Positions 1-18,229 of a stretch of DNA of 64,000 nt are shown piece after piece. A program made the translations under genes and the position numbers. Under the pieces are notes generated by a model. That model was not told the DNA's origin, searched no databases, and was given only the letters and a program-made list of their open reading frames with translations. This stretch comes from Neocallimastix sp. 'constans' (Eukaryota): positions 1 to 64,000 of the forward strand of contig JBODTK010000127.1 of assembly GCA_050613775.1 (NCBI GenBank). Direction: 5' to 3'. Each line of letters starts with the position of its first letter. Within the stretch, counting starts at the first letter, position 1.

Positions 1-136
1 TTTTTATTTTTATTTTTATTTTTATTTTTATTTTTATTTTTATTTTTTGTTATATTTAATTTAATGACTTAATAAAATATATAATTAATATTTATTATTT
101 TTATTTATAATTTATTTATTAATTATGATTTAATAG

Positions 137-893
137 TGAACTTATTAATAGTGGATTATTTGGAGTTCTTCCAAATTTTTCCAAAAATGTTACTGAGTGT
201 AGTTTTTCTGAATCAGATATATGTGTTGAATCTAAACCAGATTGTACAACTATGGATTCTCCATGTACAGAAGAATTATATAAAAAAGTGAAAGAATTTA
301 ATGAAGAAGAACAAAAACTAAAAAAAGAAAAAAAGAAGGCCCAAAATAGATATTCATCATCAAAAATAATTACTTCATTGTTAATTATTGCTATACCACT
401 CATAGGTATAGTAGTATTTTTACATGTTTATAAATGGTACAATGTTAAAAAGGAAGATGAATTAGTAATTAAAAAAATTGATCATATTAATAACAGAATT
501 TCATACTATAACTCTGATATTTTGGTGAAGGATGTTAATTCTGATGCAGGATCAGATGCTAATATGCTAATTACAAGAGTACCAGATCATAGAAAATTAA
601 ATAATCAAAATTCTACTCGTAGTATATTTGATGATGATATTGATAATGATAAGAATTTCAATAATAACAATAATATTAATAATATAAATAATAATAGTTT
701 TAATGCTATTAATAATGTTAATAATTCTGGCTTTATTAATATTAGTAATATTAATAATAATAATAATCAAAATATTAATAATATGAACAATATAAATAAT
801 TTTAGTGAACAAGAACTTGAGAGAATGGAAAATGAATTGATTCAAAGAGCAATTAATAATAGTCTTAAAGATATGGATCATAATATAAACTAA
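137..893 (+). CDS. Last exon of a single-pass membrane protein: Cys-rich/LRR-cap-like ectodomain end, TM helix, Asn-rich tail, C-terminal UIM-like motif
   Basis: T-rich intron ends in TAG at 136. The frame is open upstream of the 252 ATG (ELINSGLFGVLPNFSKNVTECSFSESDIC). TM segment IITSLLIIAIPLIGIVVFLHVY. The C-terminal ENELIQRAINNSLKD fits the ubiquitin-interacting motif pattern. Confidence 0.6.
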
Positions 894-973
894 ATAATAT
901 AAATTTTTATATAATTATTATATAAAAAATGAAATAATAAACATACAAGTAAAATAAAGATGAAAGTATAAAA

Positions 974-1036
<63 letters not shown>

Positions 1037-1129
1037 AATTATTAAAATAATAAAATAATTAAATATTGCTTAACTAGATAAATTATCAATTCCGGTAATA
1101 TTCACATTTTGCATTATTGATAATATGTT

Positions 1130-2837
1130 AATATATGAAATTTTTAATATAAATGCCAGAAACTGGTTTAGTCAATGGATCAGCAAGCATTTCAGTAGTT
1201 CTAACATATTCTAATTTTTTTATTTTTTTTTTTATTTTTTCTTGAATAAATTTATATTTTGTATCAATATGTTTATATCTTCCTTTGGTATTTTCATCTT
1301 CAGCAATTGCTATACAAGCTTTATTATCTCCTTTAATTTTTATTAATACATTTTTGTTAGTAATTTCTTCAAATAAATTTTTTAACCATATACCATGTTT
1401 AGCACATTCAGTTAAACTAACAAATTTAGCTTCAGTAGGGGATAGAGTAACATTTCTTTGAATTTGAGATTTCCATGAAATATGACTATTATCAAGTTAA
1501 AATATATAATCACTAACTGATCTTCTTGTAGCTTCGTCATTTGCAGAGTCTGCATCTGAAAATCCAACTAATTTATTTTTTCCATTATAATGAATTGATT
1601 TGTGTATTGTAAATTTTAAATATTGTAAAATAGAGCTTTATAATCTATCGTTGTTAGATGTTCGCAATTTCTTAATGCTTGGTTAACAGCAATATTAGGT
1701 CGGGATTTTACAGCAACGTACAAAAATGAACCTAAAAGAGATTTATATTTTCCGACATCAACAGGTTTTTCATTTATTCTTTCATTTTTGGAAATTTTTC
1801 TACAAGGACAATTGATTATTTTAGTTTTATTCATATTATAATATTTAATAATTTTATTTATATAATCTTCTTGATTAATTTTATATCCATCTTTTGTTTT
1901 ATAAATATTTATACCAATAATTTTATTGGCATCTGAATCTTTTGAAATTGTGTATTTGTTTTTCAATTTGTCAAAGGTAAAATTAATTTCTTTATCTTCT
2001 CCTGTGATTAAAATATCATCTACATATAAAGTTAATAATATTATTTTCTTTACTTTATTTTCCAAATAAACACTAATCAGATTTATATTGTATAAAACCA
2101 GTAGATTTTAAGAAGTTTGTTATTTCTTTGTTCCACATACGTCCTGTTTGTTTAAGTCCATATAAGACATTTTTTAACAACTAGACTTTATTTTTATTAT
2201 TATTATAGTTTTTGTCTCCTTTTGGGATTTTTACATATATCGTTTCATTAAGACCTGCATTTAAATATACTGCTTTGATATCTAATTGTCTTAATTTCCA
2301 TTTATGTATTGAAGTAATAGCTATAGATATTTTAAGACTTTCTGATTGAGCAGTAGGAGTGTAGGTGGAAAAAAAATATTTTCCTTCTGTCTGTTGACAA
2401 CTTTTAGCAACAACTCTTGCCTTTTTTGAATCATCATTTTTAATAACTAGTATATCCATAATGTATCAATAATGTTTGCATTTTTGGGTACACTGTCGTA
2501 ATTAACTATTGACATAACTTTTTTGTCATACATATTTTTTAATTCCTTTATGAATGTCAAGTCTCATTTTTCATAATCTTTTCCATTCATAGCTTCATCA
2601 TATATTCTTGGACAAAGTGTTCTAGTGTTGAAAACTTTATGTTTTTTATTTTTATTTATATTTCCAGATAATTTTTGTTTTCTTAAACTTAAAATTTGAG
2701 TATCAGAGTCATCATCAGAGTCATCATCAGAGTCATCATCTGAGACTTCATCTGAGACTTCATAATCTTGAATTCTTCTTTTTCTATTTATATTGATATT
2801 TGAAAATTATTATTATTGTTGATATTTTTATCATCAA

Positions 2838-2906
<69 letters not shown>

Positions 2907-3400
2907 CCTCCATAAAATAAATATCTCTAGCGGTAATAATGGAATTAGTAGAGATATCTAAAATTCGGTAACCAGAAGAGTTTTTCGGATAGCCAAGAAA
3001 TATACTTTGTTTAGAGTTATTATCAAATTTATTAGATTTGTGTTTATTAAAGAAAAATGCTTTATAACTAAATACTTTAAAATGAGAAATACCAACGGGG
3101 CTATTAAAAAATAATTCATTAGGAATTATGAAATTTACACTGGAATGAGGGTTAGAATTATATAAAAAGGCGGCACATTTTATAGCAGAATCCCAAAATA
3201 ACAGAGGCAATTTGGCAGAAATGAGAAGAGTTTTTACACAATTATTCAATGTTTGATTTAAAAGTACGGCACGTCCATTTTGTTGAGGATAACCAGGAAT
3301 AGAATGAATGAAACTAATTCCATGAGTGTTTAAAAAAGGAATAACATTTTTATTAATATATTTCGTATCATTATTTAACTTAAAAAGATACCACAATCAC
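1130..3400 (-). mobile_element. Degenerate Ty1/copia pol (integrase, RT, RNase H)
   Basis: Integrase PGYPQQNGRA...LPLLFWDSA and SNKFD...IFLGY. RT KARVVAK, QLDIKAVYLNA, LYVDDILI. RNase H GFSDAD, SWKS, KHID, MLADPLTKP. Many stops and frameshifts; INT-RT-RH order is copia-type. Confidence 0.92.
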
Positions 3401-4685
3401 TTTTATTACTATAATATAATTTTAAGATTGTAAATAAAAGTAAAAATCATAAAATATAGAAAATTATAAAATATATATATAGATTTTTTTTAAAAATTTA
3501 TTTATATCATTATTTTTTTTCTAAATATAATTTATTTTTTATCTAATAATTATTTACATTTTTTTTTATTTTATTTTCATTAGTACTTTATTATATTTTA
3601 TATTACTTCACTACTCATTTACTTTTTATTAATACTTTGCATACCTTATATTACTTATATTTAATTAAAATTTTTAAAGTATTGGAATATTAACATTATT
3701 AAGGATGACTTTTTTTTTTTTTTTTTTTATTTTTTTATTTTTTTTTATATTAATAAAATTACAAAAATCTGTTGTACTTTATTTTAATACGTTTCCCAGA
3801 TATTTTCGTCACCAATATAAATATTATATTCCAAAAAACGTTTCAATTGAACCCACTTGATTTTTATTATTCATGTCTTCGTAATAAATTATGTAGTTTT
3901 GAAGCCCAATACGATCATATGATTAATTAATTTTAATGGATGAATCATAAAAGTTTTTTTGATAAAGTTGAAATATATTTAAATGTATTTATATTACTTT
4001 TTGATTTTATGATTGTTTGTAGTATTAAATTTTTATATTCTTATATTTTTTCTATAAACAAATTTTATCTTTTATTGAATTGTGACAATTTAAGTAATCA
4101 TTAACTAATACTATTTGATTTTTTCCGATTTAATGTGCAATAATTTTGTGGTCCAGTTGATATATAATATTATATCGAATATCCTTTATAAGTTAAACCA
4201 CCCTTGAATTTAGAAGTTAAATGTTCATTTTCGTAATAATTATTTTTGTTATTCATTTTATTATTATAATTTTCAGAGGTTTGAGGAGAAGATAAATCAG
4301 TAGAAGTAGGCAATGAAACTTTCATTAGGTGCTTCAATTTATTTCATCATTAAATAAGTATTCTACTTTCAATAAGTGATTTTTTTTTTTTTTTTTTTTT
4401 TTGAAATACAAATATCATCTACAGAATACTCGTGTTTTGGGTAAAAATCATATTGAATTTTAAATTGACAATTATTATTCGTCGGTTTCAATTTGGTGAT
4501 ATTAATTAAATTTGATTTTGATCCCTGATAAATACATTTATAGAATAATTTAAAAGTTGTAAAATACTTTTTAAATCAGATGTAATACATAATTTTTTAT
4601 CATAACTTTTTTTGAAAATTCCGAGACATAATTTTTCTATTTCTAAAATATAAATACCGAATTCAACCGATTTATCCCTATCATC

Positions 4686-4734
<49 letters not shown>

Positions 4735-5089
4735 TTTTTATTATTATTTTCAGCAAAATACACTTTTCCAAAATATACTCTGCCATTGATGTCAGTTGTA
4801 TTTTCAACAAAGTCAAAATCTGATAGAAAACATTCTTTAGGTAAATAATTTTCATCAAAAAAAGAAAATAAAAATAATCACTATTATCTATTAGTATTTT
4901 TTCATGACATTAACTTTTAATATTATCTGGTGTAATAGTAGTAGAAGAAGTCATTTTTACGCTTTTATTTATCAAGGTTGATGTAAAATATTTGTTCATA
5001 ATAGCTGGTGTATCTGAAAATTTTAGATAAATTAGTACATGTACGTATTTAGAATAATAATAGTAACCAGATGGTTTTTAAGAAGAGAG

Positions 5090-6480
5090 TCCATCCCTAC
5101 CTAGAGTAGTCGTCCATAACTGTGAGGAAATATTTATTACCGTAAATTGATTCATCAGAATTCAAAACCAAATCCATATGAATCATTTCGAAGGGTTCTT
5201 TGGTTTTGTTTTTTGAAAGGTAATATGCCTCATTAAAGGTAATTTTTCTTTGGCCTTATTAAAGTTTCTTTTATTACATTTATTATTATCTTTATTATAG
5301 ATATTGTTATTATTGTTATAATTTTTATAATTATTATCTTTATAATTATTATTTTTATAATTATTTTTGATCATTCTATTTGATTCTGGTTGGTTTAATG
5401 ATCTTTCTGGTCTTATTATGGCAAAATTTATATACTTCAATATGTCTTCAGATTCTTTAAATTCTTCAAATTCTTTTACGGGTATGTAATTTGATTGGGG
5501 TTTTTCTTCATCTTCTTCTTTATTTTTATTTTTCTTATTTTTCTTATTATTTTTATATCTACAATTTCCTGCTTTGTGACCAAATTTCTTAAAAATATAG
5601 TATCTTATTAATTTTTTCTAGTAATTTTAGGTGTTATTAATTTGTCTGTTATTTTTATTATTTTCATTTAATTGGTATGAATCTATAATTAAATCACAGA
5701 CCTTTTCCCAATCATCACAGCATGTAGATATTCCATAAAAATAACTTAAGTTTTATTATTATTTTGAGAGTGTGTTAAATAAGTAATTAAACCTTTTTTT
5801 TTTTCATCAAAATATAAAGTTTATAATTCCTTCAGTAATAAAAATTTCCTTTCAGATACAGAATATTCACTAGTTTTAACAATTATATTATATATCTCAA
5901 AGATAGCATTGATAATTCCATTTAATTTACTTTTCAAGTCATTACCAATGCTATTAATTATTAATGATTATACTTGATAATCAAAGTCAAATATTTCTTG
6001 TGTTACATTTGGAAAGTATAACATATTGAAAATAGTATGTATCTTTAAGGACTTACTTATATTATCCTCTATTATATTCTTTATGGATATTTTTTTAATA
6101 CTTTCTTCGAAGATACAATTATTTAAATGATATATCAATAATAATAAATATAATTCACCATTCCAGGTTTTAAAATCCTTTTTATTTTTCGTAGTAAGGA
6201 TCAGCTTAGTAGAGATTGGACTATAGGTAAACATTTTGATAATATATTTAATAATAAAAATAAAATTTTTCGGATTCTTTTGATAATAAGAAAAGTTTTA
6301 AAATTTTAATTACAAATAAGGAGGATTATAGGATGTTTTTTTTTATGAGTCTTAGAAATTGATTAATTTGAAATTACTTAAAAGTTTTGTTATTAATTTA
6401 TTATAAAAATAGTTATAAATTACATAGTAGGTGTTAGTAAATATCGTATATTGTGGATTATGCCACATACATTACATCAA
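5090..6480 (-). mobile_element. Degenerate Ty1/copia gag plus integrase-start fragment
   Basis: gag start MFTYSPISTKLIL...DFKTW at 6234. Zinc-knuckle remnant KKFGHKAGNC near 5560-5590. Integrase IHMDL...GNKYFLTVMDDYSR at 5100-5182. Confidence 0.75.
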
Positions 6481-6879
6481 TAATAATAATCGGAATTTTT
6501 AATAAAAATTTTAATTATATATATTAATTTATATAAATTAATTTAAAAAGATAGTATTACTGAATACAATATAATTTATAAATATTTCATTATATAATTT
6601 TATATTTTGTATTCATTTTCATATTTATATTTAATTTATAAAGGATTTCTTTTTTATAAAAATGACTAAATAAAATAATAACTTTTAATAGTTTAATAAT
6701 TTAGATAAAGGATTTTCTTTTTTTATAAAAAAAATGACTAAATAAAATAATAAATTTATATTCATTATATTTATATAAATGAATATATTTTTATGTTATT
6801 AACAACATTTATTGAACTAGTATAATATTAATATTTTATTTATTCATTTTATTATTTTTTTTTTTAATTTATTCTATAG

Positions 6880-7509
6880 TTAAAAATAATATACATTATT
6901 GCTTTTAATAGCTTAATAATTTCAAAAAAAATTAAAGCAAAAGACAATAAATTAATAACTTTAAACTTATAGGTAACAGAAAGCAAGAAATCATCTTCAT
7001 CATATAAAAATTTAGGATTCTTCATAATATGTTTTACGGTACAATTTGAATTGCTATTTTTTAATATAAATGGTACTGTTAATTCATAAGCATAAAGAAA
7101 GAATAAATTAAATCCTTTTTTTTAATATCATTTATTTTTTTTCTATGAATATAGTGTTTCCATTATCATCGTTTTTTCCACTATAATCATAATAAATTAC
7201 AGATTGGTTTTCTTCAGAATAAAGGCACGATTCATAGTCACAATTTCCAAATTTATTATATTGAAAAAGTTCAAATAAAATATTTCCTTTATTATTCTTA
7301 TTCTTGGGTTTACAAAGAAGTGAACTACCATTATTGTAAATAGTACAATTGGTGTAGGTTAAATTATCTATTTTAAATGGTAATTCATTATATTCATAAA
7401 ACAATTTATTACATAGAATATCTTCAGGCTATGAAATTTCATTTTTAGTGCAATAAATATATTTAATAAATAAAAATGAAAATAAAATAATTATAACATT
7501 ACGTTTCAT
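6880..7509 (-). pseudogene. Small secreted/membrane Cys-containing protein, disrupted
   Basis: ATG at 7509 gives signal peptide MKRNVIIILFSFLFIKYIYC. An in-frame TAG near 7430 precedes ORF 7132..7404. A hydrophobic C-terminal segment (LLSFALIFFEII) lies near 6910-6950. Confidence 0.5.
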
Positions 7510-8039
7510 TTTTTATTCGTATTTTTATTATTTTAATTATTTTTATTATTCCAAATTTTATGTATGTTTTAATATATTAAAGTGAAAAACAAACTATAAT
7601 GAAAATTAACAAATTAAAATAATCACATTTTCTATAAAATATAATAAATGAATAAATAAATTATTGAGATATATTAATAAATAAAACAATTTTTTTAAAA
7701 TATTGAAACGATATTTTATTTTGTTTTAGTTAAATTTTAATTTAAATTTTAATTTAAATTTTAATTCATATCCTTTATTTTTAATTTTTTTTCTTTCTAT
7801 TTTAATATTTCATTTTTTTTATTGGGTGGATAAAATTATCAAAAAAATTTATCTGTTATATATTTTTAATTTTATATTTTATTATAGTTGCAATTATTAT
7901 AAATTAAATTGAATGAATTATCATTATTATAATTATTTTCAATACAGTTTTTTCAATATTATTATATAGATTGTTATCATCATTGTATCTGATATTTTCA
8001 AAATTAATAAAGTCTATATTACTGGTAAATCCGGCCGGG

Positions 8040-8910
8040 AAATAATAATTTTATTATTAGTAGGATCATATATTTTATACGCCAAAGGGTTTCTATCATT
8101 TTCAATAAATATACATAGAAGGGAAGTGCTATCAAATTTTCTTCTTAACTGTTTAGGAATTAAATAAAAAATAAGGCAACTAAGTACACGGAAATTGAAA
8201 TTGTCGTAATCAACAAATAAAACCCGTCCATATTTTGAAAAATCATCTAATATAAATACAGTGTATTTATTTCCATTTAAAAACCTATCTTTAATTGTTA
8301 TTGTATCCATATGAATTAATTGGAAGGGTTTTATATGATGAAAAGTAAAATTTTTTAATTTTACAAGTGCATACACTTTACACATATACTTATTAATTTT
8401 ATTTATCATATTAATAAAGTTACCAGTATAATAATGACAGAATCTCCTGTGACATATTTGATATTTATTATCATTATTATTATCTAATGTCATAGTTGAA
8501 CAAGATATTTTGTTATTAACTTTGGCTTTATTAACATCTATTTCTTTTTTGGATGTCCATATCAAGTACGTCTTGGAGGTAATGGAGAATATACAACAGT
8601 TTTTTTATTTCTATTGTTATATATTACAACTCTTTTTTTGTTACTGGTTTTGTGAAAAACTGCTTAGTAATATTGATCACTTAAGCAATCTATGTATTAA
8701 ATTTCTTTTGAAAATTGAAATATAAGGTACATCTTTGAGTATAATTTTGTTATTATTTATATATCCTATATAATCTCACTTATACATAGAACATTGGCTT
8801 CCGCCATTCGAAAAATATATTCTTTTATTATATTTTATAATATTTTATAATGTGATATATATATCCAGCTATATAATAGGTAGCACTTTGGTCTAAAGTC
8901 CATGTAATAG
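8040..8910 (-). mobile_element. Degenerate Ty1/copia protease/GAG-pre-integrase/integrase fragment
   Basis: WTLDQSA protease-like motif near 8890, CHRRFCH (WHxRxGH-like), PFQLIHMD, YTVFILDDFSKY, RRKFD...AYKIYDP. Confidence 0.8.
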
Positions 8911-9237
8911 TATTAATAAAATAAATTAAAAAAAAAAAAACCATAATCATATTAATTATAACTAAACTAGGTTAAAATAAAAAAAAAAGTTAATTGAATA
9001 CATTAGCTATAAACTTTATTAAATATAAATTGTTTATATTAATTAATATATTTTATTAAAATTGTTTAAAACATATAAAGATTAAAAATAAAATTTATTG
9101 TGTAACAAAAATGTCTTCAAACACAAAATGAAAATGTTTTATAATTTATAATAATAAAGCAGTATTGGTTGAATTTAAAATTTAATATTTTAAAAAATTT
9201 TTAATCTTAATATTTTTTAATAAAAAGATTTTACTTA

Positions 9238-9570
<333 letters not shown>

Positions 9571-10481
9571 TATAATAAATAATATAAATTATTCTTATAT
9601 TATTAATATAATAGTAATTAATTAGGATTAAATTAAAATTATAATAAAATATAAAATAGTATATTTTAATATATATAAGAAAAATTTAATAATATACATT
9701 GAAAATATATTAGTATTTTAGAATTTTTCTTAATGTATTTCGAAAATATATTACATTATATATTAATATATAAACCATGAAAATCAACTTTAAATTATAT
9801 AGTTTCGAAATTTTTTTTTTGAATTTTTCAAATTTAGCACAAGATTTCTTTTCTAATTAAACTTTTTTGTATTTATATATATTATTGGAATTTCATTGTA
9901 AGTTGAAATTAAATAACTCAAGAATTTATATTTACGACCTTTATATATTTTTAAAATAAAAAATTAATATTATTAAAAGAAAGTGAAAGATAAAATTAAT
10001 TATCTTTTCCTTTTCGATAAAAAATTTTTTATTTCAATTTTTATAATATAAAATAAAAGTAATTGAATTTTAAATTGAAATCTCTCTCTCTCTCTCTTTT
10101 TTTTTTTTTTTTTTTTTGATACTAATACATAGCTTCTAAAATATTGATAAATAAACAAATAAAAATCAGTTATAACAAAATAATAAATTAGGTGTATATG
10201 TAAATTAGCATGACAAAATAAACCAAAAATTATAATAATTGAAGTATTAAAGAAAAATTCATAAAAAAATATTTCCATATAATTAATTAAAGTGAAAGTA
10301 TTTTATTGATAATTATAATATTTTTTTGTTAATTATAAATTTATATTATATTAATTGCAAAAAAAAAAAAAAAAAAAAAATTAAAAATTAAAGACAATAT
10401 TGAAATTGTTAAATTTAATAATTATTAATGATTTTGGATAAAATAGTAACATTAAAATAATAAAAAAAATATTTACTAAAA

Positions 10482-14033
<3,552 letters not shown>

Positions 14034-14143
14034 TAGAACAATATTTAATGTGTAAAATAATCATAATATAATAATAAATATTAAAGGCTGTTTAAATTTT
14101 TTTTATAATATATAATAAAATAAATTTTAAATTTCATTTCATT

Positions 14144-14187
<44 letters not shown>

Positions 14188-14679
14188 TTTTTAATATATA
14201 TATATATTTAATACAAAAATATTTTAAGCAAAAAAAAATTCTATTGAGTTGTAATAATAAAAATATATGTATATTAAATAAAGATATATTAAAATTTGTA
14301 TAATAAAATATATATTTATTAATAATAATAATAATATGTCTTTTAATAATATCATAATATTTATTATATATAATATATATAATAAATATATTAATTATTA
14401 ATAAAAATTTTAACCAATTATTAATATATTCTTTATTTTTAATAATTATTCAAAAAACATCATTTGATAAAATTAGTAACAGCTTGAAAGATTTTTATAT
14501 CTATCAATAAAATAAAATAAAAATATAATAAATAGTGAAGTAATATAAAATAGTAAAGTATTAATGAAAATAAAATAAATTTATTTACTACTTTTTCATG
14601 TATGAATGATTCATGAAAAAATAGTAAATACATGAAAAGGATGAAAATATGGGAAAAAGAAAAAGATACATGAATGAAA

Positions 14680-16418
14680 AGTGATGCTATTTCTTAAAAT
14701 TTTTAAAATTAATAATTTTGATAAGCAATATCAATTACAAACAACTACAATAAGCAATTATACCAAAACCATTCATTGTGAAACGTTTGGATTTTTTTAC
14801 CATCACCTGCAAAAGAATTAAGACGATCTTTCCTCAATGAACCCCATAGAAGGCGATATGTTCTTGATACTCCAATGGATTTAATACTATGACATATTTT
14901 CCCATAATTTCAACATATATAATTTCTTTTATCATTAAAATATGATGATTTTAACAAAAATCTAAGGAATTCTTTCAAATGATGTTAGTTTTTTTTCTTT
15001 TTTCTTTTTTTTTAGTACTCTGAAGAGAATACCCTTACAATGCTTTATTAAATAGATGATTATATTTTTATGTATGTATGTAAAAGATTAAGTAAAATAA
15101 AAAATAATAATAATAAAAAAAAAAAAAAAAAAAAAAAAATTTTAGTAAATCATTGAAAATTTAATGTAATAAAAAATAAAAATAAGTTCAAAAGTTAAAA
15201 TAATTTTGGTGTGATGTATACTATGTGTGGTAAATGCCTTCGTTCCCTAGTATCGAATTATAGCATATCTAATGTCGAAATTCCACCAAGAAGGAATATA
15301 TAAATACCTGTTTATGAAATTTTTATATTCTAAAATATTAAAATAAGAATGAAGTAAAAATTCTTTACTTCATTGGTAAATAAAATGAAAAGATCATGAT
15401 AAAATCTAAAGATTTACATTGACATAGAGAAAAGGTAGATCATTCAAATATCCAATGGATAAAAGATTGATCACCTTTTCCACAGCAAGGTCAGAATCAA
15501 GAAAATCGTCAAAAATTCTACCATTTCTAATTGTAATAGTGGTATTGTATTTGTCACCAGCTCTTAATTTTTTTTTTTGACTTAGAGAAAACTTTATTTA
15601 ATTTATAATAATAATAATAAAATTACATGATTTAAATGAAAAATAATAAATTAAAATATATGAAATAAAAATTATATATTATATAATTATAAAAGTGAGT
15701 TAGAAGCAATAGTTCCTAACTTTTCCCATTCATCAATGATAACACCGCGTCCATTATTGCAAGTAATAATTTCAGTATTAGTGTTATCAAACGAATCTGT
15801 ATCAGATCTTTCACCGAGAGGCGAAAATCCATGCCTTATCATTTCGACGTCGACGCTCTTAGCAACGGTAGATTCAACGGAATACCATTTCATCATCAAT
15901 CTAAAAGATCAACAAATTAATGGTATTATATTTGTTAGAAACCCTGCAATCCCCACAAGTACGGAACAGTCAACGAAGTTGAAAAATATTGTCAACTAAT
16001 TGTCTTTGTTCCCCATCATTTAGTTGAATTTTTCTATATATTGAACGCCCGCCAAGAAGAGTATACTCAATATAAAATAATAAATATTATTATCATAGTC
16101 CTTTTCTGAATCTAAAGAAGCTTCCAAGGATTTTTGTTCAATTATCATTGCAAGCTTCAATGGGAGAGGAATAGATTTATTAAAAAGAAATAAAAAGTAC
16201 GAATTTAACTTGACATTCAGCTCTTAATCTTAAAATTCAGTTAGAACCTAAACTTAAATGAGGGTATTCAAGGCTTAGCTTGAATAGGTTTCTAGTATTT
16301 TATAAATTTGAAGTTATTGTAATTCGCACCTTGGAATTTAGCAACATCAGACCAATATGATTCAATTACATCTTTAAATTTAGTAATATCCTTTTCCTTA
16401 ATTTTCTCGTAGAACACC

Positions 16419-16420
<2 letters not shown>
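14680..16420 (-). mobile_element. Stack of decayed LINE 3'-end fragments
   Basis: Shares sequence with the 50.6-52.1 kb LINE: a CCGxxDQSFxxWIF zinc-finger remnant at ~15440-15490 and KSVDVxxIRH at ~15830-15860. A GTC-poly(A) terminus lies on the minus strand at ~15568-15581. Confidence 0.7.
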
Positions 16421-16458
<38 letters not shown>

Positions 16459-16644
16459 ATGTTGCAAACATAAAATTTTTATTATTACATCAATAAAATT
16501 TAAATTATTTCAAAATTAATAAAAAAAACTAATAAAAAAAAAAATCTTTTTAATTATAACAAAAAAAACATTACTATATCTATATTTCATAACAATTTAC
16601 ATTTAAAATTAATAATATCATAATCAGTTCACAATTTAACAATT

Positions 16645-16689
<45 letters not shown>

Positions 16690-17006
16690 TTTATTTTATT
16701 TTATTTATTTAATAAAACTTTCTTTAAATTATATTTTAAATTATATTTTTATATTATTACTATTACTATTTATTTTATTTAATTTTATTTTATATTATTT
16801 TGTTAAGGATTAATTAAATTTCTATTTTTCCTTTTATTAATTTTTGGGAAAAAAAAATAAATATTTAAAAAAAAATATATATATATTTAATTTTTATTAT
16901 ATTTTTTAAATTTATTTTTTTATCTTTTCTATAATTATTAATTTTTTCCTATTTATTTTCGTTTTCTATAATTTTAATTTACTAAAAAATAAACAGACTT
17001 ATTTAT

Positions 17007-17050
<44 letters not shown>

Positions 17051-17326
17051 GTAATTAAATAAAATAGCAAAAATTAATTTATATTATAATATATATAATT
17101 TTAATTAGTTATAATTTAAGAAAACTATATTGTATATATTTTTTAATTTTATATATTTATGCTTTTTTAAAAAAACCTTTTAATTATTTGCTTTATTTAT
17201 TTTATTTGTTCATATTTTATATTATTTATCAGATGATAAGTTTAAATATTTTATCATTTCTTTTGAAATATATTATTGTTTATGTTTTTAATATTTTATT
17301 TTGTTTTCAGATAAATTTTATTTCCT

Positions 17327-18229
17327 CTATTTAGTGTATTTTCCAATAATGTGAAGAAGGAAAACAGCAGCAATAAAAGCAAGACTGAAAACTAAAACAA
17401 CAACTGGATCACTATTATTTTACGTTTAAATTTATTATAATAATACAATTTTTAACATTTAATAATACTGTTTTTAATTTTAAAAATGAAGAAGCAAAAA
17501 AAAAAAAAAAAACATACACTTTAAGCCCTGGAGTATCGTCAGTGTAAATCTTCATAACACCTGGGTTAGAACGAACACCAGCAGCGGCAGCAGATCTATC
17601 CTTTCTAACAACCTTTCTCCTATTAATATTTTAATTATTTTTTATTTATATATATATTTAATATACTAATAATTTTATTTTCTAATTTTAAAATTTAAAT
17701 TCATTTAGATCAATTTACCTTACGGTACCCTTTGGAGAAGTTTGACGTGGTGAAACAGTTGGAGAAGAAGTATCAGCCTATTATTTTTATATAATTAAAT
17801 TTTGTATAGAAAATAAAATATTTAATATATATATATATACAATTTTTTTTATTTACCCCTAATAAAAATTTTTATATTTAAATATCTATTTTATTTATTT
17901 ATTTATTTCTTTATAAAATTTTAATTTTTATTTTTTTTTTTATTTTTTTTTTTTTTTTTGATTATTCTTTTCTTTTCTCTATTTCTTCGATTAATTTTAT
18001 AAACGTTAACAATAATATTTTATTTTTATCGATTTTTATCTTTTCTACTAATATTACTAATATTGATATTTATTGATGAGTTTTATAATATTCTTTTTAA
18101 TTACTTCAATAATTATTTGTTCATTTTAAAATTCTGATATATATTTCGAACAATACTGTATTATTTTTTATTCCACTTCTATTTCAAATAATATTTTTTC
18201 ACATTTATTTTCACTTTTTACATTACCAT
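17327..18229 (-). CDS. SEC61B: Protein translocon Sec61 beta subunit
   Basis: Four exons (ATG only at 18227-18229; ~17719-17777; ~17519-17619; 17327-17411) splice to MADTSSPTVSPRQTSPKGTVRRKVVRKDRSAAAAGVRSNPGVMKIYTDDTPGLKVDPVVVLVFSLAFIAAVFLLHIIGKYTK*. This contains the hallmark YTDDxPGLKVDPVVVL...LHI. Confidence 0.93.
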
